The notes: generated from the sequence alone by a model not told the origin. A DNA stretch of 64,000 nt from Deltaproteobacteria bacterium (GCA_029262355.1 JAJCZO010000416.1:2031-66030); one strand, 5' to 3'. Numbered from the stretch's first letter, positions 27,781 through 37,537 are shown. Program-made: numbers and translations.

Positions 27781-29220
27781 ATGGAGACGCGAATTCTGAT
27801 CATCGACGATGACGCGTTCATCTGTCGACAACTCGAGGAGCTCTTCGGCGCGCAGAAGTATGTCGTCGATAGCGCCACGACTGCCACCGACGCCTTCGAG
27901 TTCCTTGGCCAGCAAGACTACTCTCTTGCTCTCATCGACCTGAAGATCCCCGGTACGGATGGCCTGGGCCTGACCCGCGAGGTCCGTAGCCGGTGGCCGG
28001 ATCTCGACGTGATCATGATCACGGGCTACGCGAGTATCAAAGGGGCCGTCGAGGCGATCAAGCAGGGGGCATCGGACTACATCACCAAGCCCTTTCAGGA
28101 CGAGGAGATCCTCCTCGCCACCGAGAAGGTACTCGAGAAGAGGCGGCTGCTCGACGAGATCAACTATCTCCGCGGACAGCTCGCAGACCGGTACTCGTTC
28201 GCGAACATGGTGTCGCGCAATCCGCGGATGCACGAGATCTTCTCCCAGATCGAGGTGCTCGCCTCGAGTGATGCGACGACCCTGCTCACAGGAGAGTCCG
28301 GTACGGGCAAGGAACTCTGTGCGCGCGCCGTCCACTTCCAAGGCAAGCGCAAGGCGGGCAAGTTCGTGCCGATCAACTGCGCGGCCTTTCCGGAGAGTCT
28401 GCTCGAGAGCGAGCTCTTCGGGTACGAGCGTGGCGCGTTCACGGGGGCCGTTCACGACCGCATGGGAAAGATCGAACTTTCGAACGGTGGCACGTTGTTC
28501 CTCGACGAAATCGAGTCGATCTCGCTCAATATGCAGCTCAAGCTGCTGCGTGTTCTCGAGGAGCGAGAGATCGAGCGCCTCGGTGGCAACCGCCGCGTCA
28601 AGGTGAACATGCGGGTGATCGCCGCAACGAACGTGGATCTCGACGCGCTGGTCGCGAGTGGAGTGATGCGCGAGGATTTCTACTACCGCGTGAACGTGGT
28701 GCCGATCCGGATCCCGCCGTTGCGCGAGCGGATCGAAGACGTTCCGCTGTTGGTGGCGGAGTTCCTGAGGAACTCACAACTCGCCAAGGAGAAGAACATC
28801 AACCGTGTATCGAACAAGGCGCTGTCGCAGCTCATGGGCTACAGCTGGCCGGGCAACGTACGTGAGCTCGGAAACGTTCTCGAGCGCTCGATCCTAAAGA
28901 CGAGCGGACCGATGATCCGCGACGTCGACATCCCCGGCGGGGAGCCGCGCCGCACCAACGAGGGTTCCCAGCGCCGTTCCTTCGATTACGAGATTCCGCT
29001 GAAGGAGTTCCTGCGTCGTGCCGAAAAGGACTATCTCGGGCACATTCTGAGGAAATACCGCGGGGGCATCAGCCACAGCGCCAAGCACGCCCTCGTGGAC
29101 GCTGCGACGCTGCATCGGAAGATGAAATCCTACGGGATGAAGCGTGAGGAGTTCCGGACTCGGAACACCAAGGCCGATCAACCAATCTTCAACGTAAGCC
29201 CGCCGTCGACCTCGACCTGA
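27781..29220 (+). CDS. Sigma-54-dependent response regulator (NtrC/AtoC family)
   Basis: Receiver residues DDD...D...ITG...KP; GESGTGKE; GAFTGA; FLDEI; WPGNVREL; C-terminal HTH. Confidence 0.95.
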   Translation: METRILIIDDDAFICRQLEELFGAQKYVVDSATTATDAFEFLGQQDYSLALIDLKIPGTDGLGLTREVRSRWPDLDVIMITGYASIKGAVEAIKQGASDYITKPFQDEEILLATEKVLEKRRLLDEINYLRGQLADRYSFANMVSRNPRMHEIFSQIEVLASSDATTLLTGESGTGKELCARAVHFQGKRKAGKFVPINCAAFPESLLESELFGYERGAFTGAVHDRMGKIELSNGGTLFLDEIESISLNMQLKLLRVLEEREIERLGGNRRVKVNMRVIAATNVDLDALVASGVMREDFYYRVNVVPIRIPPLRERIEDVPLLVAEFLRNSQLAKEKNINRVSNKALSQLMGYSWPGNVRELGNVLERSILKTSGPMIRDVDIPGGEPRRTNEGSQRRSFDYEIPLKEFLRRAEKDYLGHILRKYRGGISHSAKHALVDAATLHRKMKSYGMKREEFRTRNTKADQPIFNVSPPSTST

Positions 29221-29273
29221 TCCGGTCGAACGCCTAAGGTGGGGAGCTGATACACAGCGTTGCGGGGGAGTTC

Positions 29274-29441
29274 ATGTCGGGTGAAGTCGACCAAGAGGAG
29301 GAGCAGGGGCTGCTTCAGTTCCTGTGGCGTCATAAAATCTGGTGGATCACACCAGCCGTGAGCGTACTGCTCATCACGGCGCTGCTGCTCTATTTCGGTC
29401 GATCCACGGCATCTTCGCCGTTCGTCTACACCCTTTTCTGA
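29274..29441 (+). CDS. DUF5989-like small membrane protein (55 aa, not in ORF track)
   Basis: MSGEVDQEEEQGLLQFLWRHKIWWITPAVSVLLITALLLYFGRSTASSPFVYTLF; GGGGAG RBS; K.WW..P and PF.YTLF signatures. Confidence 0.82.
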   Translation: MSGEVDQEEEQGLLQFLWRHKIWWITPAVSVLLITALLLYFGRSTASSPFVYTLF

Positions 29442-29460
29442 TCCAAGGAGACCAAGTTTC

Positions 29461-30390
29461 ATGAACCTCGTGACGGGCGGGGCCGGCTTTATCGGTTCAC
29501 ACATCGCTGCACAGCTTCTCGCCAATGGTGAGAAGGTTCGCATCCTCGACGATTTCTCTACGGGCAAGCAGAGCAATCTCGAGGCTTTCAAGGACGACGT
29601 CGAAGTCATCCGGGGGGATCTTCGAGACCCCGACGCGCTCGCCAGGGCGGTAGACGGATGCCAGTACGTGTACCAGCAGGCCGCTCTGCGTTCGGTCCCG
29701 CGGTCGATCGATGACCCGCGTGCCAACAACGACGTGAATGTCACCGGCATCTTGAACCTGCTGATCGCGTCGAAGACGGCGGGCGTCCAGAGGGTCGTCT
29801 ACGCGTCGTCTTCGTCGGTCTACGGCGCTGATCCGACGCTCCCGAAGGTCGAGACGCAAACTCCGCAGCCGATCTCGCCGTACGCGGCTTCGAAGATCAT
29901 GGGTGAGTACTACTGCCGGATCTACTCGAACCTCTACGACCTCGAGACGGTGTCGATGCGCTACTTCAACGTGTTCGGTCCGCGTCAGGATCCGGAGTCG
30001 AAGTACGCAGCCGTCATCCCTCGCTTCATCGTGGCGGCGCTCGCAGACGAAGCTGCAGAGGTCCACGGGGATGGAGAGCAGTCGCGTGACTTCACGTACA
30101 TCGACAACGTGGTGTCGGCGAACCTGCTGGCAGCGAAGGCCCCGGGGGTTGCCGGCGAGCCCTTCAATATTGCCTGTAACGAGCGCTACTCACTCCTCGA
30201 CGTTCTGAGTGCGGTCGAGAAGGGGCTCGGGAAGACCGTGAAGCGCAACCACGAGCCGGATCGTGCGGGCGACGTGAAGCACACGTTGGCCGACATCTCG
30301 AAGGCCCGTGAGCTGTTGAAGTACGAACCTCTGGTGAACTTCGAAGATGGCATGAAGCGCACCGTCGAGTGGTTCGCGGCGAACGCCTGA
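29461..30390 (+). CDS. NAD-dependent nucleotide-sugar epimerase/dehydratase (WbpP-like extended SDR)
   Basis: TGGAGFIGSH, ASSSSVYG, YAASK, RYFNVFGPRQDP and GDGEQSRDFTY motifs. Confidence 0.93.
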   Translation: MNLVTGGAGFIGSHIAAQLLANGEKVRILDDFSTGKQSNLEAFKDDVEVIRGDLRDPDALARAVDGCQYVYQQAALRSVPRSIDDPRANNDVNVTGILNLLIASKTAGVQRVVYASSSSVYGADPTLPKVETQTPQPISPYAASKIMGEYYCRIYSNLYDLETVSMRYFNVFGPRQDPESKYAAVIPRFIVAALADEAAEVHGDGEQSRDFTYIDNVVSANLLAAKAPGVAGEPFNIACNERYSLLDVLSAVEKGLGKTVKRNHEPDRAGDVKHTLADISKARELLKYEPLVNFEDGMKRTVEWFAANA

Positions 30391-30453
30391 TTACGGCTGC
30401 GTCCGGTCGATCCGTCGCGTGACGCGATCGGCCGGGCCGCGGCGGCCACGCCG

Positions 30454-32358
30454 ATGATCGTGCACGACCGCGCTGGCGAGAGACCGCTCCGCGCGTTGGC
30501 TTTCGCTGCGATCCTCCTGTTCGCTGCCGCAGGCTGCGAACGGAGCGGCGGTGGGTTGCCCGGCAACCCGCGCGTCGTCGTCCTGGGATTCGACGGAATC
30601 GATCCCGAGTTGCTCGACCGCTTTCGCGCGGCTGGGCGACTTCCGAACATCGACGCGCTCGCCCGCGAAGGTGACGTTCGCACCTTGCAAACGACGACGC
30701 CGCCCTTGCCCCCGGTCGCGTGGAGTTCGTTTGCCACCGGACTTCCACCGGCGGACCACGGCGTGCTCGGACTCGTCCGCCGTGATCCGGCCGATTACGA
30801 GATCCGCAGCGCAGCGCAGACGATCGACGGCCCCGAGTTCTTCTTGACGTTCGAGACCCGCGGCCCCACGGTCCGTTCGCTTCGCCGGGGTCGCACGTTC
30901 TGGAGCGTGGCGGATGCGGCGGGTCGGCGCGCGGTCGTGCTTCGCGTGCCATACGACTTCCCCCCGGCGCCGCTCGTGCGGGGACGTTCGCTCTCGGGGG
31001 AGGGGGTGCCCGACGTTCGGTTCCAGACCTCCGGTTACACTCAGATCGCGTCCGGCCCTACGGAGACGACGAACCCAGGGGCGACTCAGCGGGTTCGGTG
31101 GGTCGGCCACCGGGGCACGGCGGAGGTGCCCGGCTTACGTACGGGCGGGGTGACGGCGCCGGCGATCGAGATCGCGCTGTCTCGGGTTGGCGACGCCGTG
31201 CGGATCGAGATCGGAGAGGAGGCATCCGTTCTCGAACGCGGCGAGTGGAGCGAGCCCGTCGCGGTTCGCTTCGACCTCACGCCCTTCCGATCCATCTCGG
31301 CGAACGTCCGGTTCTACCTGCGCGAGCTCGAACCTCGTCTCGAGATTCTTCTCTCGGAGCCCAACATCGACCCGCGCGATCCATGGATGCCTCTCTCGAT
31401 GCCGCCGGATTTCGCGGGGCAGCTTTGGCACCAGATCGGTCCGTACGACACCTTGGGATGGGCGCAGCCGACCGAGGCGTACGCGGATGGAATCCTCGAT
31501 GAGGAAGCTTTCGCGACCCACGTGGCCACCTCGCTCTCCTGGTCCCGGCGGGCGACCCTGCACGAGATCGATCAACGAGACGCCGATCTCGTGGTGTCGG
31601 TCTTTACGGAGACAGACCGGGTTTCGCACCTCTTCTATCGAGAGATGGGCGAGGGCATGATCGAAGACATCTACCGCGCGATGGATCGGATCGTGGGTGA
31701 CGTTCGAAGCCATCTCCCCGACCAAACGAAGCTGCTCGTGGTGTCTGCCTATGGGTTCGAGCCGTTCCAGCGTGTCGTTAGCCTCAACGCATGGCTCGAA
31801 CGCGCAGGGCTCCAAGTCCGAAGCTCGGGCGCGGGCGACGGGCTCGCAACGGTGGATTGGGGCCGGACGCGCGCGTACGCGATCGGGGCAGGGCAGATTT
31901 ACCTGAACCTCCGAGGTCGAGAGAGGGAGGGGGTCGTGGCGCCCGGGCCGGAGGCCGACGCCCTGCTGGTCGAGATCCAATCGACCCTTCTCGGCTTGCG
32001 CGATCCGGCCACGGACGTCTCTGTCGTCGCCGCTGCCGAGAGGGGCACGGCGCTGTTCGCGGGTCCGGCGGCACCGGACGCGCCCGACCTCCTGGTCTCG
32101 TTCGCGTCGGGGTATCGAAGCGCCTTCGCCGACGACTCCGGCGGCATCGCACCGCAGGTGATTGCCCCCAATGTCAGCCGGTGGAGTGGGGGCCACGGCG
32201 GCGCCCTGGCGACCGATGTCCCGGGCGTTCTCTTGTCGAGCGAGGCGCTCCGCCCGGGAGAGGCATCGCTCCTCGATATCGCGCCGACCGTGTTGGAGTG
32301 GCTGGGCGTTCCCATCCCGCCCGAACTGCGCGGGCGAGCGCTTGGAGTGTCGAGATGA
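30454..32358 (+). CDS. Alkaline phosphatase superfamily (nucleotide pyrophosphatase-like) lipoprotein
   Basis: Lipobox AAGC; VVVLGFDGID; PVAWSSFATG; TDRVSH; IYLNLRGRE; DIAPTVL. Confidence 0.85.
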   Translation: MIVHDRAGERPLRALAFAAILLFAAAGCERSGGGLPGNPRVVVLGFDGIDPELLDRFRAAGRLPNIDALAREGDVRTLQTTTPPLPPVAWSSFATGLPPADHGVLGLVRRDPADYEIRSAAQTIDGPEFFLTFETRGPTVRSLRRGRTFWSVADAAGRRAVVLRVPYDFPPAPLVRGRSLSGEGVPDVRFQTSGYTQIASGPTETTNPGATQRVRWVGHRGTAEVPGLRTGGVTAPAIEIALSRVGDAVRIEIGEEASVLERGEWSEPVAVRFDLTPFRSISANVRFYLRELEPRLEILLSEPNIDPRDPWMPLSMPPDFAGQLWHQIGPYDTLGWAQPTEAYADGILDEEAFATHVATSLSWSRRATLHEIDQRDADLVVSVFTETDRVSHLFYREMGEGMIEDIYRAMDRIVGDVRSHLPDQTKLLVVSAYGFEPFQRVVSLNAWLERAGLQVRSSGAGDGLATVDWGRTRAYAIGAGQIYLNLRGREREGVVAPGPEADALLVEIQSTLLGLRDPATDVSVVAAAERGTALFAGPAAPDAPDLLVSFASGYRSAFADDSGGIAPQVIAPNVSRWSGGHGGALATDVPGVLLSSEALRPGEASLLDIAPTVLEWLGVPIPPELRGRALGVSR

Positions 32359-32400
32359 AGTCTGGCGCAACTCTCGCTCGAATGTCATGACCCCTGGGCA

Positions 32401-33639
32401 GTGCAGACGTTCCGCTCCAACGGCCGAGTCGTGAAGAGATACCCGATACGATCTGGAGACCGGCTGCGGGCGGGGCTGGTCGCCGCGTGCGCGTTCCCCG
32501 CGCCGCGCGGCTCACAGGTGCTGGTCGACGAGATGGCCGAGGCCCTTGTCCGAGAGGGGGTAGACGCGCACCTCATTGCGCCTCTAGATCCCCGCGCGCG
32601 GGAGCGCCCCTATCGTACACACGCGGTCGAGCCGGCGGTGCCGCGCGCGCGCGCCGGCGGTGTGACGGGCCTTCTTCGTCCGCTCGTCGATGCGACGCTC
32701 ACCGCGCGTCTCGCGCAGACGGTCGAACGTGAAGGCCTTCAGGTTCTCCACGCGCACAACTACGAAGGGCTCGTCACCTCGCTCGCCGTGCGTGCGTTAC
32801 GCGGCGTGCCGGTCGTCTATCACAGCCACAATGTCTTCGCGGACGAGCTGCCCACGTACGCCCCTCGCGCGCTGCGTGCGGCAGCACGCAGCTTCGGTGC
32901 GTGGTGTGACCGGACGTTCCCACGAATGGCGGACCGAGTGGTCACGCTGAGCGACGACGTCGCGGAGCACCTGCAATCCCGGGGCGTCGAACCGCATCGC
33001 ATCTGCGTGATTCCGCCCGGCCTCGACCCCACGCCGTTCGAGGAGCACCGCGCAACACTGCGGAAGCGACGCGCCATTTTCACGGGCAACCTCGATGGCT
33101 ATCAGAACCTGGAGTTGCTCCTGGCTGCGTGGCGGTTGGTCGAGAAGAACGATCCTTCGAGTGAGCTCGTGTTGGTGACGCATGTTCAGCGCGGTGGTGC
33201 CTCGCGTCGCTTGCGGCGCTCGAACTGGGGCGAGCGCGTGCGGGTGCAGATCGCAACCTCGCTCGATCAGGTTGCCCGTGAACTGGGGTCGGCGATGGTG
33301 GGCGTCTCGCCCCGGTCTTCCTGGTCGGGCTTTCCAATCAAGACGCTGAACTACATGGCGAGCGGAACTCCGACCATAGCGCTGGTTGCGTCCTCCAAGG
33401 GGGTGCGCCCGGGAGAGACCGGTTGGGTGGTCGAGCAGGAGACGCCCGAAGCTCTTGCAGCCGCGCTGGTCGGCGCACTTGCTTCACCGCGCGAATGCGC
33501 CCGCCGCGGGCGGGCCGGGTTGCAAGTCGTCCGCGAGCATCACTGTTGGAATGATCTGGCCCCTCTGATTGCCGATGTCGCGCGTGCTGCAATCGCCGAT
33601 GGAGAGCAGGCTCCAGCCCGGGCGCGTCGCGTCGCGTGA
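32401..33639 (+). CDS. Glycosyltransferase family 4
   Basis: HAHNYEG, VVTLS, FTGNLDGYQ, GFPIKTLNYMASGTP and GETGWV motifs. Confidence 0.88.
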   Translation: MQTFRSNGRVVKRYPIRSGDRLRAGLVAACAFPAPRGSQVLVDEMAEALVREGVDAHLIAPLDPRARERPYRTHAVEPAVPRARAGGVTGLLRPLVDATLTARLAQTVEREGLQVLHAHNYEGLVTSLAVRALRGVPVVYHSHNVFADELPTYAPRALRAAARSFGAWCDRTFPRMADRVVTLSDDVAEHLQSRGVEPHRICVIPPGLDPTPFEEHRATLRKRRAIFTGNLDGYQNLELLLAAWRLVEKNDPSSELVLVTHVQRGGASRRLRRSNWGERVRVQIATSLDQVARELGSAMVGVSPRSSWSGFPIKTLNYMASGTPTIALVASSKGVRPGETGWVVEQETPEALAAALVGALASPRECARRGRAGLQVVREHHCWNDLAPLIADVARAAIADGEQAPARARRVA

Positions 33640-33685
33640 TTTTGGGGCTTCCGGTGGGGAGCCGCCCGCGGTATGCAGGGCGGCG

Positions 33686-33997
33686 ATGCTGGACTCGGAG
33701 TTGAGACAGGAGACGGACGACGTCGTGCGCATGCACGGCGAGGTCCTTCGTCGGCTGGGGCAAGAGGGCATCGGTGGGGTCGCCGAGCTGGCGGAACGCT
33801 TCGAGCAGGTCCGGCGCGCCACGCAGTCGCTTTCCGCCGACGAACTCACCGTGGCGGTGCAGCGCGTTTCGAGGCTTCTGGAGCGCCTGCGGGGCACCAG
33901 GGAACAGCTCCACGACCTCTCTGAGATGCTCAACGCGATGGGCACGGGAGGCCCTGGGTCCGATGCTTCGTCGGATCCCCAGGAAGCCCTGGATTGA
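33686..33997 (+). CDS. Helical/coiled-coil hypothetical protein
   Basis: Fills the gap between genes on the same strand; amphipathic Leu-periodic sequence. Confidence 0.6.
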   Translation: MLDSELRQETDDVVRMHGEVLRRLGQEGIGGVAELAERFEQVRRATQSLSADELTVAVQRVSRLLERLRGTREQLHDLSEMLNAMGTGGPGSDASSDPQEALD

Positions 33998-34028
33998 CTC
34001 TGCTTTTCGCCATTGGTAGCCAAAAACC

Positions 34029-34223
34029 ATGCATGTCGCCCATGATGCGACCGCCCTCGAGGCGTTCCTATCCATCATGTTCCTGCCGGACAACATCCCC
34101 ATCATCGGGATGCTGTTCCTGCTCTTCTGGTTCACGTACGTCGGATTCCGAGAAGCGCGCCGGAACGATGAATTCATCCGCCAGGGCCGCGAGGACGAGA
34201 TCCTCCGCGACATGATGGAATAG
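34029..34223 (+). CDS. Small membrane protein (PDNIPI motif)
   Basis: 64 aa with hydrophobic segment PDNIPIIGMLFLLFWFTYVGF; lies 6 nt upstream of the ferredoxin. Confidence 0.75.
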   Translation: MHVAHDATALEAFLSIMFLPDNIPIIGMLFLLFWFTYVGFREARRNDEFIRQGREDEILRDMME

Positions 34224-34229
34224 GCACGA

Positions 34230-34703
34230 ATGCCGTTTTTCATCATTGCCGAGAACTGCACCGGCTGCAGCGCGTGTGAGCAACGCTGTCCGACGCGGGC
34301 GATCTCGGGGGATCCGAAGAAGGCCTATTTCATCGAGTCGACGATGTGCATCGACTGTGGGGCCTGCGGCGTCATCTGTCCCGATGAGGCGATCCTCGAC
34401 ACCTACGGCAACATGACGTCGGTCTTGAAGAAGGCGGAGCGCCCCCTTGCGGTGGTCCATCCGGACAACTGCAACGGCTGCGGCGTCTGTATCGACGTTT
34501 GCCCGTTCGATTCGATTACCCCGTCGCCCGACAACGAGGCGGCCTACTTGGGGCTGGTCGAGGTGAACGAAAAGACCTGTGTCGGCTGCAAGCTGTGCGA
34601 GGAAGTGTGCGGCTGGGACGGCATCTACATCATGCCGCACGGAGCGCGTGAAGCCTTCCGCACCGCGCTCGGCTACGACGACACCGAAGAAGCCGGCGCC
34701 TGA
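34230..34703 (+). CDS. Polyferredoxin, 4x[4Fe-4S]
   Basis: Four CxxCxxCxxxC motifs (three ending CP, the last ending CG). Confidence 0.92.
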   Translation: MPFFIIAENCTGCSACEQRCPTRAISGDPKKAYFIESTMCIDCGACGVICPDEAILDTYGNMTSVLKKAERPLAVVHPDNCNGCGVCIDVCPFDSITPSPDNEAAYLGLVEVNEKTCVGCKLCEEVCGWDGIYIMPHGAREAFRTALGYDDTEEAGA

Positions 34704-34801
34704 CCCGCGGGGTCGGACCGGCACCGGACGCCCCGGGCTAGAAACTCGTCAGGAGGCGACGGCGACGCACTGCGTCCATGGCTCGCGCCGTAGCCGTGGC
34801 C

Positions 34802-35704
34802 CTAGATCAGTTTGTTCAGCGGATACTCGATGATCCCGAGTGCGCCCGCCTTGATCAGGAGCGGGATCAAGTCGCGCGCGGCCGGCTCGCTGATGACGGT
34901 CTCGACCGAGAACCATTCCTCGCCGCCCAGTTGCTCTGTCGGGTACAGATTGGAGACGGTTGGAGCGGTGAGACTCGGGAGCAGGGCGATTACCGCGCTC
35001 AATTGGTCCTTGCGCACGTTGAGCTTGATGCCGACCTGAGTCTGGGCCTCGAGTGCGCCCCGCAGGAGTAGAGAGATCTGCTCCAGCTTCTCGCGTCGCG
35101 CGGGGTCGGCCCACGCGCCGACGTTCGCGACCAGCTGGGGGTTGGATGGTAGTAAGTCCGCGACGATACGCAGCTTGTTCGCACGCAGCGTCGAACCTGT
35201 CTCGGTCACGTCGACGATGGCGTCGACCAGTCCTTCGGCGACCTTGGCTTCCGTCGCGCCCCAGGAGAACTCGACGTCGACGGGGATGTTGCGGTCGGCG
35301 AAGTAGCTCTTCGTGACGTTCACGAGCTCGGTCGAGACCCGTTTGCCAGCGAGATCCTCTGGCTTCTGGATCGGGGAGTCTCCTTTGACGACGAGGACCC
35401 AGCGGGTGCCTTGCAGACTCACCTTCGAGTAGACGAGGTCGCACAGAGTGTGGACCTCCGATCTGTTCTCGACGATCCAATCTTGACCGGTGACGCCGCC
35501 GTCGAGAGCCCCGCTCTCGATGTAGCGGGACATTTCCTGCGGCCGCATGAGAGAGCAGCGAATGTCGGGGTCGTCGATCGTCGGGAAGTAGCTGCGGCCA
35601 CTCGTCTGGATTCGCCAGCCAGCCTTCGCGAACAACTCGATCGTGGGTTTCTCGAGGCTTCCCTTTGGGATGCCCAGCTTCAGCGGTGCGTCGGAGCTGC
35701 TCAT
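34802..35704 (-). CDS. hisG: ATP phosphoribosyltransferase (long form)
   Basis: LGIPKGSL, RPQEM, SWGATEAK and DVTETGSTLRANKL motifs, plus a C-terminal regulatory domain. Confidence 0.96.
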   Translation of the reverse strand: MSSSDAPLKLGIPKGSLEKPTIELFAKAGWRIQTSGRSYFPTIDDPDIRCSLMRPQEMSRYIESGALDGGVTGQDWIVENRSEVHTLCDLVYSKVSLQGTRWVLVVKGDSPIQKPEDLAGKRVSTELVNVTKSYFADRNIPVDVEFSWGATEAKVAEGLVDAIVDVTETGSTLRANKLRIVADLLPSNPQLVANVGAWADPARREKLEQISLLLRGALEAQTQVGIKLNVRKDQLSAVIALLPSLTAPTVSNLYPTEQLGGEEWFSVETVISEPAARDLIPLLIKAGALGIIEYPLNKLI

Positions 35705-35708
35705 GTCG

Positions 35709-36080
35709 CTACTTCTGATAGACGTCGTCTGGGTCGAAGACACGCTCGTCCTCGATCGCCCAGTCGTCGCCGTCGAGGCGGCGGTAGAAGCAGCTGCGAT
35801 AGCCCTTGTGGCACGCGGCGCCGCCGATCTGGCGAACCTTCAGGACGATGGTGTCGCGGTCGCAGTCGATGAGGATGTCGACGACCTCCTGCACGTTCCC
35901 GGATTCCTCGCCCTTGCGCCACAGCTTTTGGCGCGAGCGTGTCCAGTACGTGGCTCGTCGCGTCCGCAGAGTCTCCTGCCAGCTGTCCTCGTTCATGTAG
36001 GCGAGCATCAAGACCTCGCCGGTCTCGCAATCCTGCGCCACGGCGGGCAAGAGCCCCTTGCTGAAATCCGGACCTTCCAT
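35709..36080 (-). CDS. hisI: Phosphoribosyl-AMP cyclohydrolase
   Basis: [26 protein letters not shown] and [10 protein letters not shown] motifs. Confidence 0.95.
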   Translation of the reverse strand: MEGPDFSKGLLPAVAQDCETGEVLMLAYMNEDSWQETLRTRRATYWTRSRQKLWRKGEESGNVQEVVDILIDCDRDTIVLKVRQIGGAACHKGYRSCFYRRLDGDDWAIEDERVFDPDDVYQK

Positions 36081-36112
36081 AACCAATTCTCCGCGCGACG
36101 GATGGGTGTCGC

Positions 36113-36370
36113 TCAGCGGTCCTCGCGCAGGATCGATTCGAGCTGACGGATTCGTTGCTGCATGAGCCGGTCCCGCATCACGAGGGCTTTCTCGTCCTCG
36201 GGTGTGAGCGCTATGGCTGCGTCCGCGTCGCAAGGCGGCACGAATCGCACCTCGGGCAGGGCCGGACCTGGCGGGATGTCTCGCCTTGCAGCACAGCCGG
36301 CCGTGGCTCCCACCACGAGGAGGCAGGCTACGGCGAGCGCACCGGCGGGGCGACGTCGCGACCCTCTCAC
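36113..36370 (-). CDS. Small proline-rich lipoprotein
   Basis: Basic n-region, hydrophobic h-region and lipobox TAGC, then PPGPALP...PPC and a C-terminal helix; start uncertain. Confidence 0.65.
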   Translation of the reverse strand: MRGSRRRPAGALAVACLLVVGATAGCAARRDIPPGPALPEVRFVPPCDADAAIALTPEDEKALVMRDRLMQQRIRQLESILREDR

Positions 36371-36469
36371 GGAACTTGGACTACCCGCGCCCAGCGGGAA
36401 ACGCAATCCTGGAGGCGTCCGGGCCTACGAGCGTGGAGATGCGGCCAGTGCGTTGGTAGAGATTCGGGT

Positions 36470-37480
36470 GTGAAGTTGACCCACATTGCGACGGCCCTCG
36501 ATGCAACGATCGAGGGCGACGCGGCCATCGAAGTGGACGAGCTTGCGCCCCTCGACGGCGCGGGGCCACGCTCGCTTTCGTTCCTATCGAACCCTCGTTA
36601 CGCCCCACAGTTGGCCCAGACGGGTGCGGCCGCCGTCATTCTCGGGCCGGACATGGAGGGGCCGGGCTGCGCCGTGCTACGCGTCGCCGACGCCTACCTC
36701 GCCTTTGCGAAGGCGCTCGAGCTCTTCGATCGTCCGGTCCGCCCGGCCGATGGGATCGACCCGCGTGCCCACGTGGCGGATTCGGCCCGGATCGGCGAGG
36801 GCGCCCGCATCGCGCCGGGCGTTCAGATCGGCGAGGGCGTCCGGATCGGTGCGCGGGCTCAGCTTCACCCCGGCGTGGTCGTGTACCCCGATGTCGCGAT
36901 CGGCGACGACTTCACGGCGCACGCAAACGTCGTGATTCGCGAGAGGGTTCGAATCGGGGATCGGGTCACCCTGGCCGCTGGCGTTGCGTTGGGCGGCGAG
37001 GGTTTCGGGTACATCCCGCTCCCGGGCGGGGGCGTTCAGAACGTTCGCCAAATTGGCAGTGTCGAGATCCAGGACGACGTCGAGATCGGAGCCAACACGA
37101 CCGTCGATCGGGCGGCCATCGGCGTCACCCGGATCGAGAAGGGCGCGAAGATCGACAATCTGGTCATGATCGCCCACGGCTGCCGGATTGGCTCCGAGGC
37201 GCTGATCGCGGCTCAAACGGGGCTGGCTGGAAGTACGGTCGTGGGCTCCCGGGCGCAGCTCGGAGGCCAGGTGGGGGCCGCGGGGCACCTCTCCATCGGT
37301 GCGGATGCCCGGGTCGCCGCCCAGAGCGGAGTCCCGAACGATGTCGCCCCGGGAGCCGTCGTGGGCGGCTATCCGGCCATGGACGTGGGCCTTTGGCGGC
37401 GGGTGTCTGCCGCCGTGCACAAGCTCCCCGAGCTGCTCCGCCGGGTCCGGCGCCTCGAGAAGGCCATGCAGGGAGATTGA
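36470..37480 (+). CDS. lpxD: UDP-3-O-acylglucosamine N-acyltransferase
   Basis: LSFLSNPRY, hexapeptide repeats, [14 protein letters not shown] and [10 protein letters not shown] motifs. Confidence 0.96.
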   Translation: MKLTHIATALDATIEGDAAIEVDELAPLDGAGPRSLSFLSNPRYAPQLAQTGAAAVILGPDMEGPGCAVLRVADAYLAFAKALELFDRPVRPADGIDPRAHVADSARIGEGARIAPGVQIGEGVRIGARAQLHPGVVVYPDVAIGDDFTAHANVVIRERVRIGDRVTLAAGVALGGEGFGYIPLPGGGVQNVRQIGSVEIQDDVEIGANTTVDRAAIGVTRIEKGAKIDNLVMIAHGCRIGSEALIAAQTGLAGSTVVGSRAQLGGQVGAAGHLSIGADARVAAQSGVPNDVAPGAVVGGYPAMDVGLWRRVSAAVHKLPELLRRVRRLEKAMQGD

Positions 37481-37537
37481 CGCCCTGCGGCAGCAATTGA
37501 TTTCCGGGCCCCGTCCCCTATTATCTTCTGGGATTCC

